Source: an uncultured Bacteroidota bacterium | Lineage (GTDB): Bacteria; Bacteroidota; Bacteroidia; AKYH767-A; JABDAW01 | Assembly: GCA_903911135.1 (NCBI GenBank) | Contig: CAIWCG010000178.1 | Location: forward strand, 1 to 47,707 | Reading direction: 5' to 3' | Length of the DNA: 47,707 nt | In this document: piece by piece, positions 39,208-47,707 of the stretch | Layout of the letters: every line of letters begins with the position of its first letter | How positions within the stretch are numbered: the stretch's first letter is position 1 | Program-made: the position numbers and the translations under genes | Notes under the pieces: generated by a model | What the model saw: only the letters and a program-made list of their open reading frames with translations | Databases searched by the model: none | What the model was told of the DNA's origin: nothing

Positions 39208-40896
39208 ATGAACAAAACGATTCTAACGATAGCCATGATGCTATTCGCAGTGGTGCTCAAGGCGGGCATACCCAGCAAACAAATTACCACTAAAGTAGGT
39301 TCGGTGACGGTTTATACCACTGGTGCACTCATTAATCAGTCAGGTTCTATTGCAGTGGAGGCCGGACAGACGAACATCATTGTCTCGGGTGTGTCGCCAA
39401 GCATAGATACCAAACACATCCATGTGGCGGCAAACAACGATGTCAAGATTGTATCGGTGACGCATGAGATAAACTTCCTCAACAAGCCGATAGAGAACCC
39501 TAGAGTCAAGACGTTGCAAGACTCCGTCAAAACCATCAATGATGATTTGGCGATAACGAACAATACCATCGATGCCTATTCGGAGGAGAGGAAGATGATC
39601 ATCAAGAATTCCAGCATAGGTGGAGCCAATTCTGGTGTAAACGTGATGGATTTGCCCAAAGTGCTTGAATTTATGCAGACCAATCTGGCTGACATAAGTA
39701 AAAAATCATTGGCTCTGGAGAAAAATAGGGACAAGCTAAACGAAAGGCTGATGATGATAAACAACCAACTCGAGGAATTGAATGTGAAGGAAAACAACAG
39801 CAACCAAGAGATAGTGATTACCATTTCGGCGCCTGCCAAGATGAACGTGAATCTGGACATTTCTTATCTGGTTCTCAATGCCGGATGGGCTCCCAATTAT
39901 GATTTGAAGGTAAAGGACATCAGCAAGCCCATAGATTTGGTTTATAAGGCCAAGGTTTTCAACAATACCGGCATAGACTGGGATAATGTGAAGCTCACGC
40001 TATCTACTGCCGACCCAAACAAGACAGCAGAGAAACCCAAGCTGACTGCGTGGACATTGAACCACGAAATAACCACCATAACAACTGCTGAAAACAACCT
40101 GCAGCAGCAGAGTTTTCAGTGGAATTCGAATGTCAATGGAAACTTGAACAACGGCTTCTACAGCATTCCGCCTGCTACCCAGAGTTTCGAGGAAAAGGCC
40201 TTGGAAAAAAAGGGGAAAAACAAGGTAATCATGAACTATTCCGAGATAAGCTTGAGCGAATTGAGCGTGGATTTCGAGATTAAGGAGAACTACTCCATCC
40301 CTTCCGACAGCAAGCCCTACACGGTGGATGTTACCAAGTATTCCTTGCCCGCATCCTATCATTATTTCGCCATTCCGAAGCTGGACAAGGATGCATTTCT
40401 GGTGGCTCGCGTTACGGGATGGGAGGATTTGAACCTTACCGACGGCACTGCCAATGTTTATTATGGCGAAAACTACATCGGCGAAAGTTTCATCAGCACC
40501 AGACAGACGGGTGATACCTTGGACCTTTCGCTGGGCAGGGACAAAAAGATTTTGGTGAGCCGCGTGAAGAAGCAGGATTTCGGTTCCAAGTCGTTTACGG
40601 GCAGCAACAGGATTGAAAGTTTCATGTACGAGCTCACGGTGAAGAACAACAACAAGGATACCATCGACATAGAGCTGCAAGATCAGGTTCCGGTGTCGCA
40701 GGAGAGCGACATAACGGTGGATTTATCCGAAACATCGAAGGCCGAACGCGATGAGTTGAGCGGCAAGCTCTGTTGGAAGCTGAAGCTGGCCCCAGGCGAA
40801 ATCAAAAAGTTCCCGCTGTCGTTTTCCGTCAAGTATCCCAAGAACAAGCCCGTTCTTATCCGTAGATTTCGCTCCGTTGCCTGTCCTAAGTTTTAG
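39208..40896 (+). CDS. DUF4140/DUF4139 (MuiA-like) exported protein
   Basis: Signal peptide, VTVY..GA, coiled coil, AGWAPNYDL, NNTGIDW..V.LTLST, LQDQVPVS. Confidence 0.88.
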   Translation: MNKTILTIAMMLFAVVLKAGIPSKQITTKVGSVTVYTTGALINQSGSIAVEAGQTNIIVSGVSPSIDTKHIHVAANNDVKIVSVTHEINFLNKPIENPRVKTLQDSVKTINDDLAITNNTIDAYSEERKMIIKNSSIGGANSGVNVMDLPKVLEFMQTNLADISKKSLALEKNRDKLNERLMMINNQLEELNVKENNSNQEIVITISAPAKMNVNLDISYLVLNAGWAPNYDLKVKDISKPIDLVYKAKVFNNTGIDWDNVKLTLSTADPNKTAEKPKLTAWTLNHEITTITTAENNLQQQSFQWNSNVNGNLNNGFYSIPPATQSFEEKALEKKGKNKVIMNYSEISLSELSVDFEIKENYSIPSDSKPYTVDVTKYSLPASYHYFAIPKLDKDAFLVARVTGWEDLNLTDGTANVYYGENYIGESFISTRQTGDTLDLSLGRDKKILVSRVKKQDFGSKSFTGSNRIESFMYELTVKNNNKDTIDIELQDQVPVSQESDITVDLSETSKAERDELSGKLCWKLKLAPGEIKKFPLSFSVKYPKNKPVLIRRFRSVACPKF

Positions 40897-41061
40897 GATG
40901 CAGGCCCGAATAAGCGGCTCCTTGTCATTTTATTAGATCTCTTTCAAGTTGAGTTCTATTTTTAAGTTTCATAAGGCCCTATAGTTCTTTTGATATGTGT
41001 TATTAGGCTTTAATTAAGAATGTAGTTCAATCAAAACCAGGTTAATTAATTGGATTAGCAG

Positions 41062-41249
41062 TTTGGAAAATGACTTTCCAAGGTGGGAAAATGATTTTCC
41101 AAGGTGGGAAAATGACTTTCCAAGGTGGGAAAATGACTTTCCAAGGTGGGAAAACGATTTTCCAAGGTGGGAAAATGACTTTCCAAGGTGGGAAAATGAC
41201 TTTCCAAGGTGGGAAAACGACTTTCCCAGTAGGAAAAACGACTTTCCAA
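41062..41249. repeat. Tandem repeat, 21-bp period, 9 copies
   Basis: Unit GGAAAATGACTTTCCAAGGTG from 41065 in steps of 21. Confidence 0.97.
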
Positions 41250-41345
41250 TCTATGAAATGAGTTTATAAGGCTGTTAAAATGATAAGACCTGTTAGAATA
41301 AAGTTCTTTTTTACTTGAGTTTTGGATGTTTAGGCTGAAAGCTTA

Positions 41346-41482
41346 TTCGAAGCAAGCTGCCGTCAAAGCATAGCCCCGATAGTAGCGGCAGCCCGCTGCT
41401 TTGTGTCGGCAATGGGAAGGCAGCGGCTACAGCGGATAGCGGGACGCAGATGGGACGAGAAGCTGCCATAGGCTTCAAAAAA
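41346..41482 (+). repeat. Dispersed structured repeat copy 3
   Basis: TTCGAAGCAAGCTGCCGTCAAAGCATAGCCCCGATAGTAGCGGCAGCCCGCTGC...GCGGATAGCGGGAC...CATAGGCTTCAAAAAA. Confidence 0.92.
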
Positions 41483-41501
41483 GAAAATTTACTTTAAACA
41501 A

Positions 41502-41531
41502 AAAGAGCCAGCGGATTAATGCTGGCTCTTT
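41502..41531 (-). terminator. Intrinsic terminator of the Omp28 operon
   Basis: AAAGAGCCAGC-8 nt-GCTGGCTCTTT. Confidence 0.85.
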
Positions 41532-41549
41532 GTATAATGATGTTTGTGT

Positions 41550-42428
41550 TTATTTGGTGACGGTGGCCATTTCGGCTTGCACCACTTCGTAGGTGGCGGC
41601 GTTGTATATGAAGGCGACGACGTGGCAATTTTTATCAACCTTGATTTTGGTGGAACTCAAATCAAGGGAATAAGTTTTTGTAAAAACGCTATTCATGGGC
41701 TGCGAACCAGATGACAAGGTGTCTCCCCATGTGCTGTTGAGGGAGGCTCGGAGGATGTGTTTGAAAACGTAAGTAGGGTCATCGTGGGTGGTAGGATAAT
41801 AGAAATCCTGATGGTCTATCACGCTGTCTTCGGTGACCACTACGGAGAGTTTGTAGGTGCTGTCTAATGCGGTAAGATATTTAGAAGAAATTGTTGTTGT
41901 CAAACTTCTTTTTGAACCTCTGTAAACATTGGTTATTTTAATATTCATCTTATGAGGCAAGCCCAGGAAGTAAGCTGCCGTGCCTGCCCAAGAATTGTAG
42001 CTTGCAGGGAAATTACCTGGATAACCTAGTCTATTGACGCATCCTTGCGGGTTTCCTGCGGCAGACATTCCGAAATAGGTATCCCATGCAGTGCCTACCG
42101 TTGTTTGGAAATCGGTGGTGTAATTGCCAGTGGCGTCAGGCCAGGCAAAGAAGCCAGCATGAACTGCAATGGGGATAATACTGTCTCCATAAGTTTGGAT
42201 GATGGAGTCCAGTCTGTCGGCAGCATGTGGGCAGTTACCGCATTTGTGGCCGGTATAGTCTTCGATAAGGACTGTTTTGGTTGTTGTAGAATCAATGATT
42301 ATTGAGGTGATGGGTGCAGTTGTATCTACAGGAGGAGTTGAAACCGCGACGGTGGGGACTACATAATCGCAACCATGGAGGATGGCGGCAAGGATGATGA
42401 GGGCTATAAGTTTGGTTATATTTTTCAT
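41550..42428 (-). CDS. Omp28 family outer-membrane lipoprotein (thioredoxin-like CxxC)
   Basis: Lipobox LHGC; VLIEDYTGHKCGNCP; HILR; VVAFIY...EVVQA. Confidence 0.87.
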   Translation of the reverse strand: MKNITKLIALIILAAILHGCDYVVPTVAVSTPPVDTTAPITSIIIDSTTTKTVLIEDYTGHKCGNCPHAADRLDSIIQTYGDSIIPIAVHAGFFAWPDATGNYTTDFQTTVGTAWDTYFGMSAAGNPQGCVNRLGYPGNFPASYNSWAGTAAYFLGLPHKMNIKITNVYRGSKRSLTTTISSKYLTALDSTYKLSVVVTEDSVIDHQDFYYPTTHDDPTYVFKHILRASLNSTWGDTLSSGSQPMNSVFTKTYSLDLSSTKIKVDKNCHVVAFIYNAATYEVVQAEMATVTK

Positions 42429-42455
42429 TTGAGTGTTTTATTTAATGTAATAAGT

Positions 42456-44129
42456 TTAGAAACTGCTGGTTATGGAAAGCGTGATGCCATTGGATGCGGG
42501 TACTTGGCGGCATAATCCTCCTACACAGAATATCCCTGCCCTTTGTTTGCCATATCCTATCGCAAAGCGATTGGCATTTTTGGTGAATCCGGCTGAAAGG
42601 TTGGGATAATGAAGTTGGTAGTTCTTGTCGGGATTGCCATAATTGTAAAGATCCAATGCGGCCACATACAAATGAGGAGCGATGGTATATTCTATCAGGC
42701 CCATAGCCCAGTTCTTTTGGTCTTGCATGGTAGAGAGGTGTTGCATTTCGGTGCGGATGGTCTTTTTGTCCGTCACCTTGAAGAACATTTCGAGAACTGC
42801 AACTTGAGCATTGACGGTGCCATCGCCTGGCGCCACGGTGATGTCTCTATTGCAGATGATGTTCATGTAGGTGGCCACAAACTTGAAGGTCTTGCTCACC
42901 TTTTTGGTAACTTCCATATTGATGTCATGGAAATAAACCTCTTTACCTATTTTGAAGAAATTGGATGTGTAGCCTTTGGTGTTTTCTTTACCTACTGCGG
43001 TGCTGCTGTTGATTTGCTGACGGTCGATGGATTGAGTTTGAGAATAATTTACGTCTATGTTGGTTCCATATTTTCCACCGAGGAAGGTATTTGGTTTGAA
43101 AATATAGAACAATTCTGCCTGAACGCCCATCTCGCCATTAGCTTGAGAGGCATAAGGATAAAAGGCAGCCAAGGCATAGGTATGTTGTTTTGCAAGCACA
43201 GGCAAGAAGTTGATCATCTGGTCTATTTGTTTGGCATTTCTGTCTGCTCGAAAATCCATGTTGTCGACTCTTTCTGCAGATAAAGTGATGCCGAAACCTT
43301 TCTTGCTATAGTTCGCATTGACCAACAGTGCCTGACCATCCTTATAGATATATCCATTGCTGGCAGAAGGGTCATTGATTTTGTAGGCGTACTCACCGGA
43401 TAGGTTAAGGTTGCCTCGGATGATGTTCAATCTTCCTGCCGATGCACCGACATTTACAGGCAATACATGAAAGGGATCGTTGGAGGTTTGGTATTTGCTT
43501 ACGAAACTTCCGCCGATGATGATTTTGGTTTTGTGTTCTGCCCAAGAGCTGATGGCTTCATTCAGGTTCACCTCGCCATCAAAGCCACGGACAAGACCCG
43601 GGATAGTATAGATGGCATTGAAATAAAGTCTTTCCTTGCCAATGATTCCTTTGAAATAAACACCGTTGACAGGAGAATATTTTATTCGCAAGCCTTCCAT
43701 GGCGTTGTCATATCCAAGACCTCTTTCTTCATAAGTTCTATAGATGAGTCCACTGCCGAATTGCTCATAAAAGTTTCCTGCCGTCACTTCCAGTCCTTCG
43801 TTCTTGTAAGTGATGAATCGGTATGGTATGCCGCTGTTGTTGCTATAGCCTTGAGGAAATCCCAACAAGGAATTCATGTAGGTTTCATAGCGGAAACCGG
43901 CAGAGAAGTTATCATTGGCATAGATAAAATTTGCAAACCCGGCACCGAGCATTTTTTCATTCGGAACGGAATCGGCATAATATTTTGAGGCGGGCATGTA
44001 ATATTGTCCATTGGCTTCGAAGTTTCCATGAATGGAGCCACCACCAAGAGTTTGGGCCATGCTGCCAAGGGTGGATATTGCAATAGCCACTGCTAATGCA
44101 AAGGAGCGTTTAATGTTTTTTGTTTTCAA
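42456..44129 (-). CDS. DUF6029 family outer-membrane beta-barrel protein
   Basis: Signal peptide; GNFYEQFGSG...YEER.LG.DN; YGKQRAGIFCVGGLCR; terminal F. Confidence 0.82.
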   Translation of the reverse strand: MKTKNIKRSFALAVAIAISTLGSMAQTLGGGSIHGNFEANGQYYMPASKYYADSVPNEKMLGAGFANFIYANDNFSAGFRYETYMNSLLGFPQGYSNNSGIPYRFITYKNEGLEVTAGNFYEQFGSGLIYRTYEERGLGYDNAMEGLRIKYSPVNGVYFKGIIGKERLYFNAIYTIPGLVRGFDGEVNLNEAISSWAEHKTKIIIGGSFVSKYQTSNDPFHVLPVNVGASAGRLNIIRGNLNLSGEYAYKINDPSASNGYIYKDGQALLVNANYSKKGFGITLSAERVDNMDFRADRNAKQIDQMINFLPVLAKQHTYALAAFYPYASQANGEMGVQAELFYIFKPNTFLGGKYGTNIDVNYSQTQSIDRQQINSSTAVGKENTKGYTSNFFKIGKEVYFHDINMEVTKKVSKTFKFVATYMNIICNRDITVAPGDGTVNAQVAVLEMFFKVTDKKTIRTEMQHLSTMQDQKNWAMGLIEYTIAPHLYVAALDLYNYGNPDKNYQLHYPNLSAGFTKNANRFAIGYGKQRAGIFCVGGLCRQVPASNGITLSITSSF

Positions 44130-44150
44130 AATGATTGCTGTTTTATTGGT

Positions 44151-44690
44151 TTATTTACTTTCTGGCAATGGCTTTCCGGCAGCTACGGCCTTGATCATTT
44201 CATACAGTTCCTTTTCGTTGCCTTCAGCAAAGCCGACATGTTGCCAAACGATTTCGCCGTTGCCGTTTATCAGGAAGGCATGCGGAGGATTGTTTACATT
44301 CATGGCGCGTTTGAAATCGCCGTTCGGGTCGCCATAAATTTCATAAGTCCAGCCTTTGCCATTGACAAAAGTGCCAACGCGGGCAGATGTTTTGGCGTCG
44401 TCTATGGAGATGGCTATCACCTTTACGCCGGTTTCCTTTTGCCAGTCTATGTAGTTTTCGGAGATGGCGTTCAGCTCCTCTATGCAGGGCTTGCACCAGG
44501 TGGCCCAAAACGAAATTACCATCGGTTTGCCATTGTTCGAAAACGTGGACGTGTTCACTTTTCCGCCATCGAGACCTTTCAAATCTACGGATGGAATCTT
44601 TCTTGATTTCGCATTATCCTGTGCCGATACATTCGAAAACAGCATTGAAAACAACAGTGCAGCCACTGCCAGCATTAGTTTCTTTGTCAT
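44151..44690 (-). CDS. TlpA family thiol:disulfide reductase
   Basis: Signal peptide; SFWATWCKPCIEEL. Confidence 0.92.
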   Translation of the reverse strand: MTKKLMLAVAALLFSMLFSNVSAQDNAKSRKIPSVDLKGLDGGKVNTSTFSNNGKPMVISFWATWCKPCIEELNAISENYIDWQKETGVKVIAISIDDAKTSARVGTFVNGKGWTYEIYGDPNGDFKRAMNVNNPPHAFLINGNGEIVWQHVGFAEGNEKELYEMIKAVAAGKPLPESK

Positions 44691-44780
44691 GACTTTTAAG
44701 TTTATTTTTATTGATTATGGTGGCAAAAATAATAAAAATGCTTTAACAAATGGATGAAAATACAAAATGGCAAATATTTC

Positions 44781-44939
44781 TAATTCCAATAAGGAGCCTA
44801 TGTTCGCTTCTCGTCCCATCTACGTCCCGCTATCCGCTGTAGCCGCTGCTCCCCATTTCCGACACCAAGCAGCGGGCTGCCGCTACTATCGGGGCTAGAT
44901 TTGACGGCAGGTTGCTCGAATGAACTTTTGGCAGAAATG
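44781..44939 (-). repeat. Dispersed structured repeat copy 4 (left arm of inverted pair)
   Basis: Reverse complement of 45109-45269 with scattered differences. Confidence 0.92.
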
Positions 44940-44990
44940 CCGCTCTCAAGCAAGAATTCGTTCAAATGGTTTATAAAACTACCTATTTCC

Positions 44991-45091
44991 GGTTTCCGAC
45001 CGATAGGACGGAGGTTGCGGATGATAAGACGGAGGTTGCGGATGATAGGACGGAGGTTGCGGACGATAGGACGGACGATGCGGACGATAGG
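44991..45091. repeat. Tandem repeat, 21-bp period, about 4.8 copies
   Basis: Unit (C/T)GATAGGACGGAGGTTGCGGA at 45001, 45022, 45043, 45064; partial at 45085. Confidence 0.95.
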
Positions 45092-45108
45092 TAGAAACGG
45101 CGGTTTTC

Positions 45109-45269
45109 CATTTTCTGTTGAAAGTTGGTTCGAGGCAACCTGCCGTCAAATCTAGCCCCGATAGTAGCGGCAGCCCGCTGCTTTTTTAGGATTTAGGGAT
45201 GCAGCGGCTACAGCGGATAGCGGGACGTAGATGATACGAGAAGTGAACATAGGCTCCTTATTGGAATTA
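45109..45269 (+). repeat. Dispersed structured repeat copy 5 (right arm of inverted pair)
   Basis: Same core; ends GAACATAGGCTCCTTATTGGAATTA. Confidence 0.92.
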
Positions 45270-45320
45270 TAAATTATAAATTATGAATGGAGGCGTGAGG
45301 AGGAAAAGTTTGGGAATAAA

Positions 45321-45352
45321 AAAAGGGCATGGAAGTGAATCCATGCCCTTTT
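45321..45352 (-). terminator. Intrinsic terminator
   Basis: AAAAGGGCATGGA-6 nt-TCCATGCCCTTTT after the 45371 stop. Confidence 0.85.
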
Positions 45353-45370
45353 CTGTTAAGAGTTTAAAAA

Positions 45371-47458
45371 TTATTTGATGATGGAAATTTTCTGAGTCAT
45401 TGTGTTTTCGCCTGCCTTCAAGGTAACGAAATAGATGCCTGCAGGTAAATTAGTTCCATTAACCGCGATGGAATGATCGCCTTGAGCCATCGTTCCGCTG
45501 AATACATTCATAACCGTTTGTCCAAGAACATCGCCAACAGTTACCGTAACATTGCTTTCATTCTTCAAGTTGAAGTTAACGTTAGAGGTAGTGCTGAAAG
45601 GATTTGGATAAACATTGAAGCCAGCTACTGAGTTGCTGATTTCGGTAACGCCTGTTGGAGATAATACGCCATGATTAGAATTTACAATCTGGCCGGTAGT
45701 GGTGTTTATCAACATCACGATAGCTCTCATGTGCACTGGATTTGAACCGGCAGGAACGCTATATGCTGGGAAAGTATAGTTTTGAGTGGCTCCTGAAACA
45801 ACGGTAACAGGAATGCTTCCGGAAGTGCCAGTGTATGAACCAAGGATAGCTTCACCAACATAGTTATACCACATTTGAGCAGAAGGGATGACTTGAGGAT
45901 CGGTTTGGAAATTATGGCCAGCACCGGAAAGGGCGATGTTTTGAGATTGGAAACTGTAATAGTTGTGTTGATCCCAAGTACCGCCAGAAGTGTTATGAAC
46001 ACTATCTTCAACGATAACCAAAGCTAAATTATAAGCACCGGTAGCAGGAGCAACAGGTACGGCAAAATGAGCAGCAGCAGAAACAGTAAGAGCACGTGTA
46101 GCCCAGTTGAAGGAAGGAGTCACCGTGATGTCAGCAATTCCGAAATCGCCGATATGAGCGGTATATTCGTCGAAGATGTAAGATGGATCATCAATAACTT
46201 TACGGTCAACCTCGATAGAAGGGAAACCGGAGAATCCTGGCATGGTAGTGGCACCTGCATCATAAGCGGTAACAGTCATTGGGTCAGCATCATGAACAGC
46301 AATCAATTCGCAGTTTGCACCGTAAGATGAATGTGCGATGGAATCCAAAAAAACGAATCCACGAACGCACCATCCGCACCATGTTCCGGTTTCTTCTTCG
46401 AAAGTCACTTTATGAACCGGCATGAAATCAGCACCGGTAAGAACGGTAGCCAAAGTATCGTCGTTGTGGTTTGAATCACCTGTCAACTCAACCCAAACTT
46501 TCATGTTGTGAGGGCCAGCAGCAGGAGCATAAGCAGTTGGAATGGTAAACGCAGCATTCGCCATGCTTGCAACGGCATTAGGATAAACATAAGATACGGT
46601 AGAAACACCGTCGTTATATTTAATGGTAAGACCATTGGCAGCAATACCTGTAGAACCGATGTTCTTAACGTTTCCTGTGATGGTGATGTTTCCTGGAACC
46701 ACAGCATAGGAAGCAGAAGTTCCGGTAGTTGGAGCTATGTTTAACAGAGCCACAGAATTTGCAGGCTGAGTTCCATAGATGAATTCATAATAGGTATTGT
46801 CAACAGGAGAAGGATCTGCAGTTGTAGTTGCATTTGAGCCAATTGTTGGCGAGCCTGTTACCTGAATGGCAGTGGTAGAATTGATTTGTATTCCAAGCGT
46901 CAAGGCCAGAGGAGCATTGTAACTTCTGTGGTCAACAATATAAATCTTGTTGGTGGTTTCTTCCAAAACGAATGACCAATATGTCCAGCCAGTAGCAGAA
47001 GGGCAATCGTAAGATACGAACTGCACCCAATGCTGACGGTTTGGAGAGGTTCCAAAAGTCTTGGTTTTGATGGAATCATTGGCGCCAAAGCCGGATAAAC
47101 CCCAAACACAAACAGAATTGTTTGGAATGGCAGCATTAGGGATAGTAGCACTGGTAGAACTTGGTGCTGTACCTGCCGAAGTGGTGAAAGTCAAGATTCC
47201 GGAAGTGGACACCTTGTATTGTGTTACAGGCGCTCCATTGAAATTGAAGGTAAAAGGAATAGTAACCGTTGACGACCAGATAGGAGTGGCGGATGGATTA
47301 CAGATAGCCGTCCAGCCAGCAGTGGCAGGTTGTTCAGCGTCGTTGTTTAAACCACCAGGATTCGTTCCTGCGTTGATCCAAGGAAGGTAATAATACTGGC
47401 TAAATCCTACAAAGCTGATAGCCATGAACAACATTAAAATAGGTAATGCTTTTTTCAT
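45371..47458 (-). CDS. Omp28-related T9SS-secreted protein with thioredoxin-like CxxC domain
   Basis: Signal peptide; EEETGTWCGWC, IAVH..DPM, GFPS; C-terminal domain VYPNPF...LPAGIYFV...KISIIK. Confidence 0.87.
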   Translation of the reverse strand: MKKALPILMLFMAISFVGFSQYYYLPWINAGTNPGGLNNDAEQPATAGWTAICNPSATPIWSSTVTIPFTFNFNGAPVTQYKVSTSGILTFTTSAGTAPSSTSATIPNAAIPNNSVCVWGLSGFGANDSIKTKTFGTSPNRQHWVQFVSYDCPSATGWTYWSFVLEETTNKIYIVDHRSYNAPLALTLGIQINSTTAIQVTGSPTIGSNATTTADPSPVDNTYYEFIYGTQPANSVALLNIAPTTGTSASYAVVPGNITITGNVKNIGSTGIAANGLTIKYNDGVSTVSYVYPNAVASMANAAFTIPTAYAPAAGPHNMKVWVELTGDSNHNDDTLATVLTGADFMPVHKVTFEEETGTWCGWCVRGFVFLDSIAHSSYGANCELIAVHDADPMTVTAYDAGATTMPGFSGFPSIEVDRKVIDDPSYIFDEYTAHIGDFGIADITVTPSFNWATRALTVSAAAHFAVPVAPATGAYNLALVIVEDSVHNTSGGTWDQHNYYSFQSQNIALSGAGHNFQTDPQVIPSAQMWYNYVGEAILGSYTGTSGSIPVTVVSGATQNYTFPAYSVPAGSNPVHMRAIVMLINTTTGQIVNSNHGVLSPTGVTEISNSVAGFNVYPNPFSTTSNVNFNLKNESNVTVTVGDVLGQTVMNVFSGTMAQGDHSIAVNGTNLPAGIYFVTLKAGENTMTQKISIIK

Positions 47459-47587
47459 TTTTTTTAAATTTAATTGTTATTAATTTGTTTTGAACTTGGG
47501 TGCAATATTAGGAAAAATTCAGAAAACAAAATATGGTAATAGCCACGATTCCATTTATAATTCATAATTCAATATTCCCAATTCTTT

Positions 47588-47707
47588 TAAGGAGCCTAAG
47601 GCAAGTTCTCGTATCATGGCCAGTCCCGCTATCCGCTGTAGCCGCTGCATCCCCATTGCCGACACAAAGCAGCGGGCTGCCGCTACTATCGGGGCTAGGC
47701 TTTGACG
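47588..47707 (-). repeat. Dispersed structured repeat copy 6 (cut by the window edge)
   Basis: GTCCCGCTATCCGCTGTAGCCGCTGC...GCAGCGGGCTGCCGCTACTATCGGGGCTA. Confidence 0.92.

Noticed and set aside
41055-41269. Three ORFs over the array; CRISPR-like look
   Set aside because: Units are contiguous with no unique spacers and no cas genes; the ORFs are repeat by-products

Overview
A 47.7-kb Bacteroidota-type chromosomal window, judged from TAnnTTTG -7 promoter boxes, T9SS cargo genes and a TonB receptor/DUF4249 pair. Housekeeping loci are tRNA-Pro(GGG), purL, a DUF721 gene, rnz, a DEAD-box helicase, an LpxH-like/GT/GH1 cluster and an Omp28/TlpA/DUF6029 cluster. Two AT-rich accessory blocks interrupt them. 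Block 1 (10.0-13.4 kb) is a PD-(D/E)XK-like nuclease coupled to an RNase J-like beta-CASP hydrolase, bracketed by a 30-bp direct repeat. Block 2 (24.9-32.5 kb) is a Nudix gene plus a SauUSI-like type IV restriction gene, followed by three unrelated genes (Zn-finger nuclease, TPR protein, 9x Zn-ribbon protein) that each carry the same ~50-bp promoter/leader. The intergenic DNA holds six copies of a ~130-160-bp structured repeat (Flavo-1-like) and six tandem arrays of unrelated sequence that all have a 21-bp (or 42-bp) period. Three arrays lie directly behind the structured repeat, and one of these is enclosed by two inverted copies. Family names come from motif recognition only; no searches were run.
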